A stretch of DNA of 64,000 nt from Clostridia bacterium (GTDB lineage Bacteria; Bacillota; Clostridia; Christensenellales; CAG-138), in contig JAVBWI010000006.1 of the NCBI GenBank assembly GCA_036677445.1, forward strand, positions 15,462 through 79,461, read 5' to 3'. Positions 53,364 through 62,380 of the stretch are shown here, piece by piece. The notes under the pieces were generated by a model that searched no databases, was not told the DNA's origin, and saw nothing but the letters and a program-made list of their open reading frames with translations. Made by a program: the position numbers and the translations under genes. The number at the start of each line of letters is the position of its first letter. The stretch's first letter is position 1.

Positions 53364-54887
53364 ATGTCATTCTATGGATTGGAAATTGCCAAGACGGCTA
53401 TATTTATCAGCCAAAAGGGCATAAATCTGGCGGGACACAACATCGCGAATGCCAGTACCGAAGGCTATACACGGCAGCGCATTATCATTGAATCTGTCGA
53501 TCCGGCCGTTCTCGCAGGACGCTTTGGCGCGATAGCCAAAGGCGCTGTTGGCGGGGGCGCTGTTACGCAATCGGTCGAACAGGTGCGTAATGAATATATC
53601 GACCGCGCACTCAGGAAAGAGAACTCGGATATGGGGCAATGGGCAACACGTACCGATGAGATGGAATATATAGAAGCGCTGTTCAATCCAACGGGCAATT
53701 CGAGCATCTCGTCCACGCTTGCGGCGTTTTTTGACAGCATTCAAGAGCTTTCCAAGGATCCGGTGAGCAAGGAAATCCGTACAAACGTGCAGCAAACCGC
53801 TATCACGCTGACGGAAACATTCAATCATTACTATTCGCAGCTTTCCGAACTGCAAAGCAATATGAACGATTCCATGAAGGTTACGGTGGATCGTATCAAT
53901 GAAATTGTTCAATCCATCGCCGCCTATAATAAGAGTATCTATTCCTATGAGTTGAGCGGCGAAAAAGCGAATGACTTAAAGGATAAAAGAAATCTCCTGC
54001 TGGATGAGCTTTCAACGCTTGTAGATATGGACTACTCGGAAGATGCGCAAGGCCGGCTTTCGGTTTCAATCGGCGGAACGCAGGTGGTAAATCATACAAG
54101 CTTTACCCTGCTCGAAGTGGTAGCGGATCAGACGGGCGTGGTTACAGGTAAGACAGGCTTTTACCGCGTATGCGTCGCAGGCGCTGTGGATGCGGATGGC
54201 AATCCGGTGGAGCTAAATTATTCAAGCGGTGAACTGGAAGCTTACCGTCAGTTACGCGACGGTAATTCGGCGGATGACAGCGGTATTCCGTATCTGATTG
54301 ATGGCTTGAACACGCTTGCAAGAAGTATTGCCGAGCAGTTTAACGCGATACACGAAACGGGTTTTACTATGGCATACGATTCGGTAGCTTCCGAAACCGG
54401 CATCCGCCTTTTTGATGTGCCGCTGGATGGATCGGGGGACCCGGATTATTCAAAGCTTACGGCGGGGAATTTCCGCCTTTCGAGCGATGTGCTCAATGAC
54501 GTTTATAAGATTGCCGCATCGGATATGCTGATCGATCTCTCCGCAAGCAATACACAAACGGCGAACAACATCAGAGCGCTGGAACTTGCCGCCCTCACGA
54601 CACAGGCCGATATCGTAGCGGGGACCAGCTTTGAGGGCTACCTGAAAAACATGACTACCGAGTTGGCGGTAGACAGCGCGCATTGCCAAAATATGCTTGA
54701 TAGTCAGCAGGCGGTGGTAAGTAACCTCGAAACACGCAAGGAATCTGTTTCCGGCGTGTCTGTGGATGAAGAGATGATTACCCTTATGCAATACCAGCAT
54801 ATGTTTTCCGCTGCATCCAGAGTAATCAATGCCATCGATGAGGCGTTGGATAAGCTGATCAACGGCACAGGTTTGGTTGGAAGATAA
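53364..54887 (+). CDS. flgK: Hook-associated protein 1 FlgK
   Basis: GINLAGHNIANASTEGYTRQ at the N-terminus and VSVDEEMITLMQYQHMFSAASRVI at the C-terminus. Confidence 0.9.
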   Translation: MSFYGLEIAKTAIFISQKGINLAGHNIANASTEGYTRQRIIIESVDPAVLAGRFGAIAKGAVGGGAVTQSVEQVRNEYIDRALRKENSDMGQWATRTDEMEYIEALFNPTGNSSISSTLAAFFDSIQELSKDPVSKEIRTNVQQTAITLTETFNHYYSQLSELQSNMNDSMKVTVDRINEIVQSIAAYNKSIYSYELSGEKANDLKDKRNLLLDELSTLVDMDYSEDAQGRLSVSIGGTQVVNHTSFTLLEVVADQTGVVTGKTGFYRVCVAGAVDADGNPVELNYSSGELEAYRQLRDGNSADDSGIPYLIDGLNTLARSIAEQFNAIHETGFTMAYDSVASETGIRLFDVPLDGSGDPDYSKLTAGNFRLSSDVLNDVYKIAASDMLIDLSASNTQTANNIRALELAALTTQADIVAGTSFEGYLKNMTTELAVDSAHCQNMLDSQQAVVSNLETRKESVSGVSVDEEMITLMQYQHMFSAASRVINAIDEALDKLINGTGLVGR

Positions 54888-54928
54888 TAATAATCTGTTC
54901 ATGATCTGGAAAGGGCAAGGTTTATTTC

Positions 54929-55864
54929 ATGCGTATTACAAATGCGATGATATCAAGTACGTACTTGAAAAATCTCAATACCAATTTAACAGCGCTGAAC
55001 AAATATTCGGCTCAGCTTGCCACAGGCAAGCGTATCACCAAGCTTTCGGACGATCCTGTGGGCGTGTTGGGCAGCATGCAGGCGCGCGTAAAGTTGAGCA
55101 GGCTTGCGCAATATCAAAGCAATGTAGAGACGGCGCAGGATTGGCTGACGGAAACGGAAACCTCTTTGACGGAGCTGAACAGCATATTGAAAACCGCATA
55201 TGAGAGAACCAATGAGGCTTCAAGCGACACATTAAGCGATTCTGACCGGCAGGCGATCGCCGAGGAAATCGGGCAGCTTCGTGATCAGGTCCTCAATTTG
55301 GCAAACAGCAAGATTTCGAACAAATATATTTTTGGCGGATATAACACCTCAACATCGCCATTTAAAGTGGATGAAGCGACTGGAAAGCTGCTCTATAACG
55401 GTTTGGATGTGGCGCTGGAAACGCCTGCGCTGCTCGCTGAGAAGGAACAGAATATCAGCTTTGAAATCGGCTATGATATGACGATGGAGATTTCAATGAA
55501 CGGTCTTGAACTGCTGGGTTCGGGCGATTCGAATATTTACAATATTTTGAATGAGCTGTATAATGCATTGGAAAGCGGCAGCTCAGGCAAGAGTATTTCC
55601 CCCTATATAGAGCAGGTACAGAGCGCGCAGGAAGACGTGCTCTCACGCTTGGCCGAAGTCGGCGGCAAAACCAATCGGCTGGATTTGATCGAAAACCGGT
55701 ATGCCGAGGACAAACTCAACTATACCGAAATAAAATCAAGAGTGGAGGATACGGATCAGGCTGAAGCGATTATGCAATATAAAATGGCGGAAGCGGTGTA
55801 TCTTTTCGCGCTTCAGGTTGGTTCAAATATCATTCAGCCTACATTGGTGGATTATTTGAACTAG
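54929..55864 (+). CDS. flgL: Hook-associated protein 3 FlgL
   Basis: MRITNAMISSTYLKNLN with a flagellin-like N-terminus and C-terminus (QAEAIMQYKMAEAVYLFALQVGSNI). Confidence 0.85.
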   Translation: MRITNAMISSTYLKNLNTNLTALNKYSAQLATGKRITKLSDDPVGVLGSMQARVKLSRLAQYQSNVETAQDWLTETETSLTELNSILKTAYERTNEASSDTLSDSDRQAIAEEIGQLRDQVLNLANSKISNKYIFGGYNTSTSPFKVDEATGKLLYNGLDVALETPALLAEKEQNISFEIGYDMTMEISMNGLELLGSGDSNIYNILNELYNALESGSSGKSISPYIEQVQSAQEDVLSRLAEVGGKTNRLDLIENRYAEDKLNYTEIKSRVEDTDQAEAIMQYKMAEAVYLFALQVGSNIIQPTLVDYLN

Positions 55865-55883
55865 AAAGCTGAGATGTGATACT

Positions 55884-56474
55884 ATGAACTCGCTAAGCAT
55901 TCATACGGAACGCGCTGTAATAGAAGTCACGACGCGTCCGGCAAAGCTCATAGTAGAAAACAGCATGCCGAGGTTCAAAATCAGGCGTGAACCTCCTGTT
56001 ATGAAAATAAACAGGAAAATGCCTGAATTTGACGTGAACTGGGACTATGTGAATGCCACATCCGGGAAAATGTCCCCTGTACAACTCGCTAAGAACATGC
56101 TGGAGAAGGGAAGGTTTAAAACGCTCGAAGCGATCGGCTCCATCGTGCAGCGCGGGGATATTCTTAAGGATTCCACGGATGAATCGGCAATTACCAAGGT
56201 CGCAGTTTCCGTTACGGTAAAAGATATGCCGGAGTTGAATGTCGGCTTGATGCCCAAGGAAAGGGCGCGTATCGAGTGGGATCCGGGCTATTGCACCATC
56301 GAATGGACGGATCCGGTGCTGCAGATTGAATGGGACAGCGACTTCAGACCGACAATTGAATGGGAGCCTTATTCGGTAGAAGTGCGGCTTAGGAACCATC
56401 CTCTTGTACATATCAGGGTCAACATGGAAAATATACCGGAACATGTTGGCAGACGGGTCGATCGGAAAATATGA
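55884..56474 (+). CDS. YviE-position hypothetical protein (DUF6470-like from memory) with IEW repeats
   Basis: It lies between flgL and fliW as yviE does in B. subtilis. The C-terminal half has RIEWDPGY / TIEWTDPV / QIEWDSDF / TIEWEPYS. Confidence 0.55.
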   Translation: MNSLSIHTERAVIEVTTRPAKLIVENSMPRFKIRREPPVMKINRKMPEFDVNWDYVNATSGKMSPVQLAKNMLEKGRFKTLEAIGSIVQRGDILKDSTDESAITKVAVSVTVKDMPELNVGLMPKERARIEWDPGYCTIEWTDPVLQIEWDSDFRPTIEWEPYSVEVRLRNHPLVHIRVNMENIPEHVGRRVDRKI

Positions 56475-56510
56475 GTACGTATTTTCGCGTTTTTGAAGGG
56501 GAGGTAGTAC

Positions 56511-56993
56511 ATGTTTATTGAAACAGCAAGGTTCGGGAATTTCGATTTAAAAGACAGCAAAATTATCGAATTTCCGAGCGGGCTTCCAGGGTTTGAGGAG
56601 CTGCGTGACTTCATCATTCTGGAAATAAATGAAACAAAGCCAATGTATTGGTTGCAATCAACACAGAACAAATATATTTCGCTGCCTGTAATTATTCCTT
56701 TTGAATTGCTGGATGATTATTTTATAGAGATTCGGGAGAACGAACTCAAAGGCCTGCAGATTGAAAACAAGAACGATTTGCTTATACTCAATGTCGTTGT
56801 AGTACCGGATGACATGACCAAAATGACAGCGAATCTGGCGGCGCCCATCATCATCAATTTAAAGCTTGGAATTGGAAAGCAGTTGGTGATCGATGCAGCG
56901 GATCTTCCTATCAGGTATCCGATTTATCATATGATTATGAAGAAACTGAGAGGGGGCGATGCGGATGCTGGTTCTGTCAAGGAAAACGGGTGA
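56511..56993 (+). CDS. fliW: Flagellar assembly factor FliW
   Basis: IIEFPSGLPGFEELRDFIILE...YWLQS and ANLAAPIIIN are present. Confidence 0.9.
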   Translation: MFIETARFGNFDLKDSKIIEFPSGLPGFEELRDFIILEINETKPMYWLQSTQNKYISLPVIIPFELLDDYFIEIRENELKGLQIENKNDLLILNVVVVPDDMTKMTANLAAPIIINLKLGIGKQLVIDAADLPIRYPIYHMIMKKLRGGDADAGSVKENG

Positions 56994-57177
56994 GGTTCTT
57001 GCGATCGGGCAGGACATTACACTTGAAGTGATATCCATCGACGGTGACAGAGTACGTTTGGGCATCCAGGCGCCCAAAGATACCCGGATATTCCGTAAGG
57101 AATTGCTTGATGAAACGGTCGATATCAATAAATCTGCAGTCAATGCACCGGTGATATCCTTTCAAAAGGAACAGTAA
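56965..57177 (+). CDS. csrA: Carbon storage / translational regulator CsrA
   Basis: MLVLSRKTGEVLAIGQDITLEVISIDGDRVRLGIQAPKDTRIFRKEL. The start overlaps the fliW 3' end by 29 nt. Confidence 0.92.
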   Translation: MLVLSRKTGEVLAIGQDITLEVISIDGDRVRLGIQAPKDTRIFRKELLDETVDINKSAVNAPVISFQKEQ

Positions 57178-57262
57178 CCGATAATTTGGCCGCACAATAA
57201 GGTTCACCTTCACGCCGCAAGGTACCCACCAGCCTGAATGATATACAACATAAATGGCAAAA

Positions 57263-57292
57263 ACGGCCTGCCGCAGTCTTGCGGCAGGCCGT
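57263..57292. terminator. Bidirectional terminator between csrA and the convergent VanW gene
   Basis: Perfect 13-bp stem ACGGCCTGCCGCA-gtct-TGCGGCAGGCCGT. AAAA lies upstream and TTCT downstream. Confidence 0.8.
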
Positions 57293-57310
57293 TCTAAGTC
57301 CATGAAAATG

Positions 57311-58873
57311 TTATGCAATGGCGTCCACTGTCACGGCGCTTGGCCCCACAATGGTTTCTCCGGAATAAGCCTTGTATCGCGTAATATCGATGGTGACGGT
57401 TTTCACGACTTTGCCGTCTTTGAGGTAGGCAGCGTAGGATTGCCATACCGAGCCGGATTTACGCGCCACAAATACTTCCTTGTAGCCGACAGGCTTGGTC
57501 GTATCAACGGTGTACTGCATGGGCCCGGAAGGAGAGATGCTGCCCGTGTGCTTGGAAGAGAGCCTGATCTCATCATATTCATCCGGGAAGGGCTCGCCGT
57601 ATATTTCAAAATGGATGGTTTTATCCGTTTCATCCACCCAGCAAAACAAATAGACGGGAGAATTGGTATTGTTCTTCCATTTGAAATCAATGCGCCCGCT
57701 GTCGATGGTGGCGTCCAGACCGCCGTCTACATATGTAAGGCGGCCGGAATGCCCCTGCCGGTATACGACTTCAAGGTTGGACTTGAGCACACAAAGATAC
57801 ATGGTGGTAGAAACCTGGCATACGCCGCCGCCAGCCTGATCTTCGGTGCGCCCCTGCACAATGGCGGGAGCGGCTTGCCACCCTCCGCTGAATGTACGGT
57901 GGCCCAGCGTGCCGTTGGTGGAGAACTCTTCACCCGGCTGCAATACGGTACCATTGATCAGCCCTACTGCCTTTTTGATATTATACACGCGGCTCTTGCG
58001 GTTGTATGGAGACTTATTGAAGGAGGTATAAGAGCTGGCGCGCAGCACCACCTTGCTTTGCACATCTTCAAGCGTTACGGCTGCCGGGGTCGTATGGAAG
58101 GGGATCTCCATATCCTGATATTCGCCGCTTTGCGCCATTGCCAACAAGGTGTCGCAGAGCGACGGCTGATCGACCTGCATGCCATCTTCATCGGGCGTGT
58201 AGGCAAAGCGCTGCTCGGGCGTAGTGGTAGCCGCTGCCTGTACATATGCGCTTTTCTTTTTTTCCTCTTCTGAGACAGATTCTTTATCGATGAGCACTGT
58301 AAATTGCGCATCAACCGGCAGCGTATCCAGTTTTTCCGCAAGGCCTGCAACATAAGCCTCTACCGCTTGCTCGCTGGGGGTGCAGGATGTATAGAATGTG
58401 CGTTTGTTGGTGCCGATATCCAGCAGCTCGTCCTGCAGTTCACCAAGCGTACCTTGGCGTCCGAGCGCCATCGCTTCCTGCAGAATGGCTTGGGTATTAA
58501 ATTGCATGCCAAATATTTGCGCATCAGCGGGGTAGGCGTTGCCCTGAAAAGTCAGAGTGAACGCAATCTCATCCAGCATAGCCTGCTCTGTGGGCGCAAT
58601 GGCGGCGGCCGCCTCTTCAGGCGTCATGCCGCCTATGGATACATCGTTGACCAATATGCCTTCATGAAACACGCCTGAGCTTATGATGCTTTGGCGAAGC
58701 GCTTCATCCTGTTTGATTTTATTGGAATAAAAAATCCCGGCAGCAGCGAGCACCAAAACAATCGCGATCATTGTGATCCAGACGGCCTTTTTTTTAGAAC
58801 CGGGCGCCTTTTTCGGTGACTCGATGGATACATGGTCATTTTGGGTTAAACTGAATTCGTTCGGCGTTTCCAT
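57311..58873 (-). CDS. VanW-family protein with N-terminal TM anchor
   Basis: INGTVLQPGEEFSTNGTLG, GGGVCQVSTTMY and HSGRLTYVDGGLDATI are VanW motifs. Start set at METPNE with GGAGG upstream. Confidence 0.8.
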   Translation of the reverse strand: METPNEFSLTQNDHVSIESPKKAPGSKKKAVWITMIAIVLVLAAAGIFYSNKIKQDEALRQSIISSGVFHEGILVNDVSIGGMTPEEAAAAIAPTEQAMLDEIAFTLTFQGNAYPADAQIFGMQFNTQAILQEAMALGRQGTLGELQDELLDIGTNKRTFYTSCTPSEQAVEAYVAGLAEKLDTLPVDAQFTVLIDKESVSEEEKKKSAYVQAAATTTPEQRFAYTPDEDGMQVDQPSLCDTLLAMAQSGEYQDMEIPFHTTPAAVTLEDVQSKVVLRASSYTSFNKSPYNRKSRVYNIKKAVGLINGTVLQPGEEFSTNGTLGHRTFSGGWQAAPAIVQGRTEDQAGGGVCQVSTTMYLCVLKSNLEVVYRQGHSGRLTYVDGGLDATIDSGRIDFKWKNNTNSPVYLFCWVDETDKTIHFEIYGEPFPDEYDEIRLSSKHTGSISPSGPMQYTVDTTKPVGYKEVFVARKSGSVWQSYAAYLKDGKVVKTVTIDITRYKAYSGETIVGPSAVTVDAIA

Positions 58874-59035
58874 CCTAACCTCCATACGCATATGCAAGCT
58901 TAAAAAAAACTTTACGTACCCATTATAGTAGCACAATAAATCCGTGTAAAGCACGCTTTTATAAAGAAGCACTTATTAAATTGACATGGCCTAAGTGCCG
59001 TCTTGTGTGCCGCTGCCGATTTCTTTCGGGCTGTG

Positions 59036-59065
59036 TTGACTATTAAGGGCGCTCAGAAGTACAAT
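59036..59065 (+). promoter_or_regulatory. Sigma-A-type promoter for nadE
   Basis: TTGACT-18 nt-TACAAT, about 100 nt upstream of nadE. Confidence 0.45.
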
Positions 59066-59169
59066 ACTGATAGTAAAAGCAAGTCTGGCGGGGCAATATA
59101 TCAACAGCGTTACACGCTTAAGGTATTTAAGTAAAAATACCTGGTACTTAAGTATACATGGAGGGAATT

Positions 59170-61092
59170 ATGCGGCATGGTTTTGTGAAGGTTGCGGCGG
59201 GCACTCCGCACATTCGTGTGGGGGATTGCACATATAACGCTTCGCGTATCCATGAATTGATGGAACAGGCGGCAGAGCGGGATGTATGCGTGCTGGTTCT
59301 TCCCGAGCTCTGCATTACCGGCTATACCTGCTCGGATCTCTTCCTGCATGATGTATTGCTGGACGCTGCGGAACACGCGCTTATCCGGCTTATTGCACAA
59401 AGCAAGGGGCTGGACATGCTCGTAGCCGTGGGCGCGCCGCTTCGGCATGACGGCAAGCTGTATAACTGCGCCGCTATATTTTATGACGGCAGACTGTTAG
59501 GGGTGGTTCCCAAAACACACTTGCCAAACTATGGAGAATTTTACGAGCTCCGCCAATTTACGCCGGCGCCGGCGGTGCAAGGCGAGATTACACTGGGCGA
59601 ACAGCGTGCGGTATTCGGCACTAAGCAGTTATTTCGCTGTGAGACTATGCCGGATCTTTGCGTGGGCGTAGAGATCTGCGAGGATTTATGGGTGCCTTCG
59701 CCGCCATCCACGGCGCTTGCAAACCAAGGCGCCACGGTGATACTCAATCTCTCCGCAAGCGATGAAACCATTGGCAAGGATGCTTACCGCCGCCTGTTGC
59801 TGCAAAGCCAAAGTTCGCGGCTGTGCTGCGCTTACCTCTATGCGGATGCAGGGCACGGAGAATCCACTACGGATATGGTATTTGCCGGCCACAACCTCAT
59901 AGCGGAAAATGGCGCGATACTTACACAAAGCGACCCCTTTGCGCCGGGCCCCGTGCTCGCTGTGGCCGAGATCGACTCTAAGCGATTGGTGCATGAGCGC
60001 CGCAAGCTGACCACGTTCAGCCTGACCAGAGACGCCAATCAGCCCGCTTATGTTGTAAGCAAATTTCCGCTCGCCATACGGGAGACACGGCTCACCCGTG
60101 AAATATCCCCCACACCCTTTATTCCTGCCGATATCAGAGACCGGAACGCCCGCTGCGAAGGCATATTGCGCATACAGGCGCAGGGGCTTAAAAAACGCAT
60201 ACAGCACACCAACTGCAAAACCGCGGTGGTGGGCGTTTCCGGCGGGCTTGATTCCACACTGGCGCTGCTTGTTGCCGCGCGGGCGATGGAGCTTGCCGGC
60301 CGTACCTCTGCGGATGTGCTGGCCGTAACCATGCCCTGCTTTGGCACGACAAAACGCACGCGCTCCAATGCCGAGCGGTTGTGTGATTGCATGGGTATCC
60401 CCTGCAGGACGGTGGACATCACCGCGGCCGTGCAGCAGCACTTTTCCGATATCGGCCAGCCTCAGGAGCAGCTGGATACTACATTCGAAAACGGTCAGGC
60501 GCGCGAACGTACGCAGGTGCTGATGGATATCGCCAACCAAAACGGCGGCCTTGTCATCGGTACGGGCGACTTGTCGGAGCTTGCGTTGGGCTGGGCTACC
60601 TACAACGGCGATCATATGTCCATGTATGCTGTCAATGCTTCCGTACCCAAGACGCTGATCCGGCATATCGTGAAATATCTGGCGGATACCGCAAAAACGG
60701 ATACGTTACGCGAGGTGTTGTTGGATATACTCAATACCCCGGTAAGCCCGGAACTGCTGCCCGCCGAAAACGGCGAGATTTCGCAGCAGACGGAAGATAT
60801 TGTGGGCCCCTATGAGTTGCATGACTTCTTTCTTTATCACATGATCCGCTGGGGTGCGGAGCCGGGAAAAATCTTGCGTATGGCTGTTTATGCTTTTGAG
60901 GGCAAGTACAGCGAGGATACTATCCGTCATTGGCTCAAGGTGTTCTGCAGCCGGTTCTTCAGCCAGCAGTTTAAGCGTTCCTGCCTGCCGGATGGCCCCA
61001 AGGTTGGTTCCGTTACGCTTTCGCCCCGTAGCGACTGGCGCATGCCCAGTGATGCCGTCAATACGGTATGGCTTAGTCAGTTAGATTGCTAG
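59170..61092 (+). CDS. nadE: Glutamine-dependent NAD+ synthetase
   Basis: N-terminal CN-hydrolase domain (VLPELCITGY, EICEDLW) plus a synthetase domain with VVGVSGGLDSTL. ATG 59158 is an alternative start. Confidence 0.92.
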   Translation: MRHGFVKVAAGTPHIRVGDCTYNASRIHELMEQAAERDVCVLVLPELCITGYTCSDLFLHDVLLDAAEHALIRLIAQSKGLDMLVAVGAPLRHDGKLYNCAAIFYDGRLLGVVPKTHLPNYGEFYELRQFTPAPAVQGEITLGEQRAVFGTKQLFRCETMPDLCVGVEICEDLWVPSPPSTALANQGATVILNLSASDETIGKDAYRRLLLQSQSSRLCCAYLYADAGHGESTTDMVFAGHNLIAENGAILTQSDPFAPGPVLAVAEIDSKRLVHERRKLTTFSLTRDANQPAYVVSKFPLAIRETRLTREISPTPFIPADIRDRNARCEGILRIQAQGLKKRIQHTNCKTAVVGVSGGLDSTLALLVAARAMELAGRTSADVLAVTMPCFGTTKRTRSNAERLCDCMGIPCRTVDITAAVQQHFSDIGQPQEQLDTTFENGQARERTQVLMDIANQNGGLVIGTGDLSELALGWATYNGDHMSMYAVNASVPKTLIRHIVKYLADTAKTDTLREVLLDILNTPVSPELLPAENGEISQQTEDIVGPYELHDFFLYHMIRWGAEPGKILRMAVYAFEGKYSEDTIRHWLKVFCSRFFSQQFKRSCLPDGPKVGSVTLSPRSDWRMPSDAVNTVWLSQLDC

Positions 61093-61122
61093 CTTGAGTA
61101 GATACATAGTAAATTTGCTGTC

Positions 61123-61149
61123 GGCCGCACTTGTGCGGCCTGTATTTTT
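61123..61149 (+). terminator. Intrinsic terminator after nadE
   Basis: GGCCGCAC-tt-GTGCGGCC followed by TGTATTTTT. Confidence 0.7.
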
Positions 61150-61246
61150 CCCTAAACAAAGGATTTTTTAAATATATGGTGTATCTATAACATAGGAAAG
61201 CATACTTCTTTTTCGTGCACGTTTTTATTGGAAAGGAGACTACAGT

Positions 61247-62260
61247 TTGGACAGTTCCTGTGGCGCAAAATACAGGCAATATACGGAAGCGTGGGAAAGG
61301 GACAGGCTCTCGCCCTATGCCGTTCGTTCCGAGGACAGCAAGGGGCGTGAGATACCGCTTGATCCATGCGATATTCGAACGGTTTTCCAAAGGGATCGCG
61401 ACCGCATCATTCACTGTAAATCTTTTCGCAGACTCAAACATAAGACACAGGTGTTTCTTTCCCCGCAGGGGGACCATTACCGTACACGGCTTACGCATAC
61501 GCTGGAGGTTTCGCAGATCGCGCGCACCATTTCGCGTGCATTGCGGCTCAACGAGGATTTGACCGAGGCCATTGCCATGGGGCACGATCTTGGCCATACG
61601 CCCTTTGGGCATGCGGGGGAGGCGGTGCTGGATGAGCTGGTGCCGGGCGGATTCGAACATAACCGGCAGAGCCTGCGCGTGGTGGAAAAGCTGGAAAACG
61701 GTACCGGGCTTAACCTCACGTTCGAGGTGTGCGACGGCATACTCAACCATAAAAAATCCGGTGCTCCGGCCACGCTCGAAGGCTGTGTCGTCAGCCTTTC
61801 TGACCGCATCGCCTACATCAACCACGATATTGACGACGCCGTGCGCGCACATGTCATCTCGCTTGATGAACTGCCCAAAACGTGTGTGGAAATACTTGGC
61901 TTCGGCCACGGCGAGCGCATCAATGCGATGATCATCGACGTAGTGAATACGAGTTTCCTGCAGCCCTACGTGCGCATGACGCCCCAGGTGGATGAAGCGT
62001 TCAACATGCTCAGGGCATTTATGTTCAAGCATGTATACCTTAACACCGCTGCAAAACGCGAGGAAAACAAAGCGATGCATGTCGTCCGCACGCTATATAA
62101 TTATTACTTAAATAATATCGAGTTGTTGCCGGCGGAGTTTTTAGCGAACGTGGCGGCGGACGGCAAAGAGCGCGTAGCTGCGGATTGGATTGCATGCATG
62201 ACGGACCGGTACGCTGTCAACGACTACACGCGGTTGTTTGTGCCGCAGGAATGGTCCTGA
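61247..62260 (+). CDS. dgt: dGTP triphosphohydrolase-like HD-domain protein
   Basis: FQRDRDRIIH, RLTHTLEVSQIAR and GHDLGHTPFGHAGE are present. The TTG start has AAAGGAG 8 nt upstream. It lies immediately upstream of dnaG as in many Bacillota. Confidence 0.85.
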   Translation: MDSSCGAKYRQYTEAWERDRLSPYAVRSEDSKGREIPLDPCDIRTVFQRDRDRIIHCKSFRRLKHKTQVFLSPQGDHYRTRLTHTLEVSQIARTISRALRLNEDLTEAIAMGHDLGHTPFGHAGEAVLDELVPGGFEHNRQSLRVVEKLENGTGLNLTFEVCDGILNHKKSGAPATLEGCVVSLSDRIAYINHDIDDAVRAHVISLDELPKTCVEILGFGHGERINAMIIDVVNTSFLQPYVRMTPQVDEAFNMLRAFMFKHVYLNTAAKREENKAMHVVRTLYNYYLNNIELLPAEFLANVAADGKERVAADWIACMTDRYAVNDYTRLFVPQEWS

Positions 62261-62380
62261 AAGGTATGCGGATGAGCTGCACATCGGATTTTGACTAATA
62301 AGCAGGAATGTGCTCGAAAATGGCGAACATATATAGTCGTTGCCCAAAGGACGAGTATGTACGAAAAGGAAGGGGGAAGC

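Noticed and set aside
57254-58273. 339-aa plus-strand ORF opposite the VanW gene
   Set aside because: The minus-strand product carries clear VanW motifs (GGGVCQVSTTMY and others). The plus-strand ORF starts inside the bidirectional terminator and has no SD.
59686-60666. 326-aa ORF antisense to nadE
   Set aside because: The nadE call is secure (CN-hydrolase plus the SGGLDS synthetase motif), so this is a shadow ORF.
61073-62080. 335-aa ORF antisense to the dgt-like gene
   Set aside because: The plus strand encodes an intact HD-hydrolase motif set (RLTHTLEV, GHDLGHTPFGH) in the conserved dgt-dnaG arrangement. The antisense ORF has no recognisable features.
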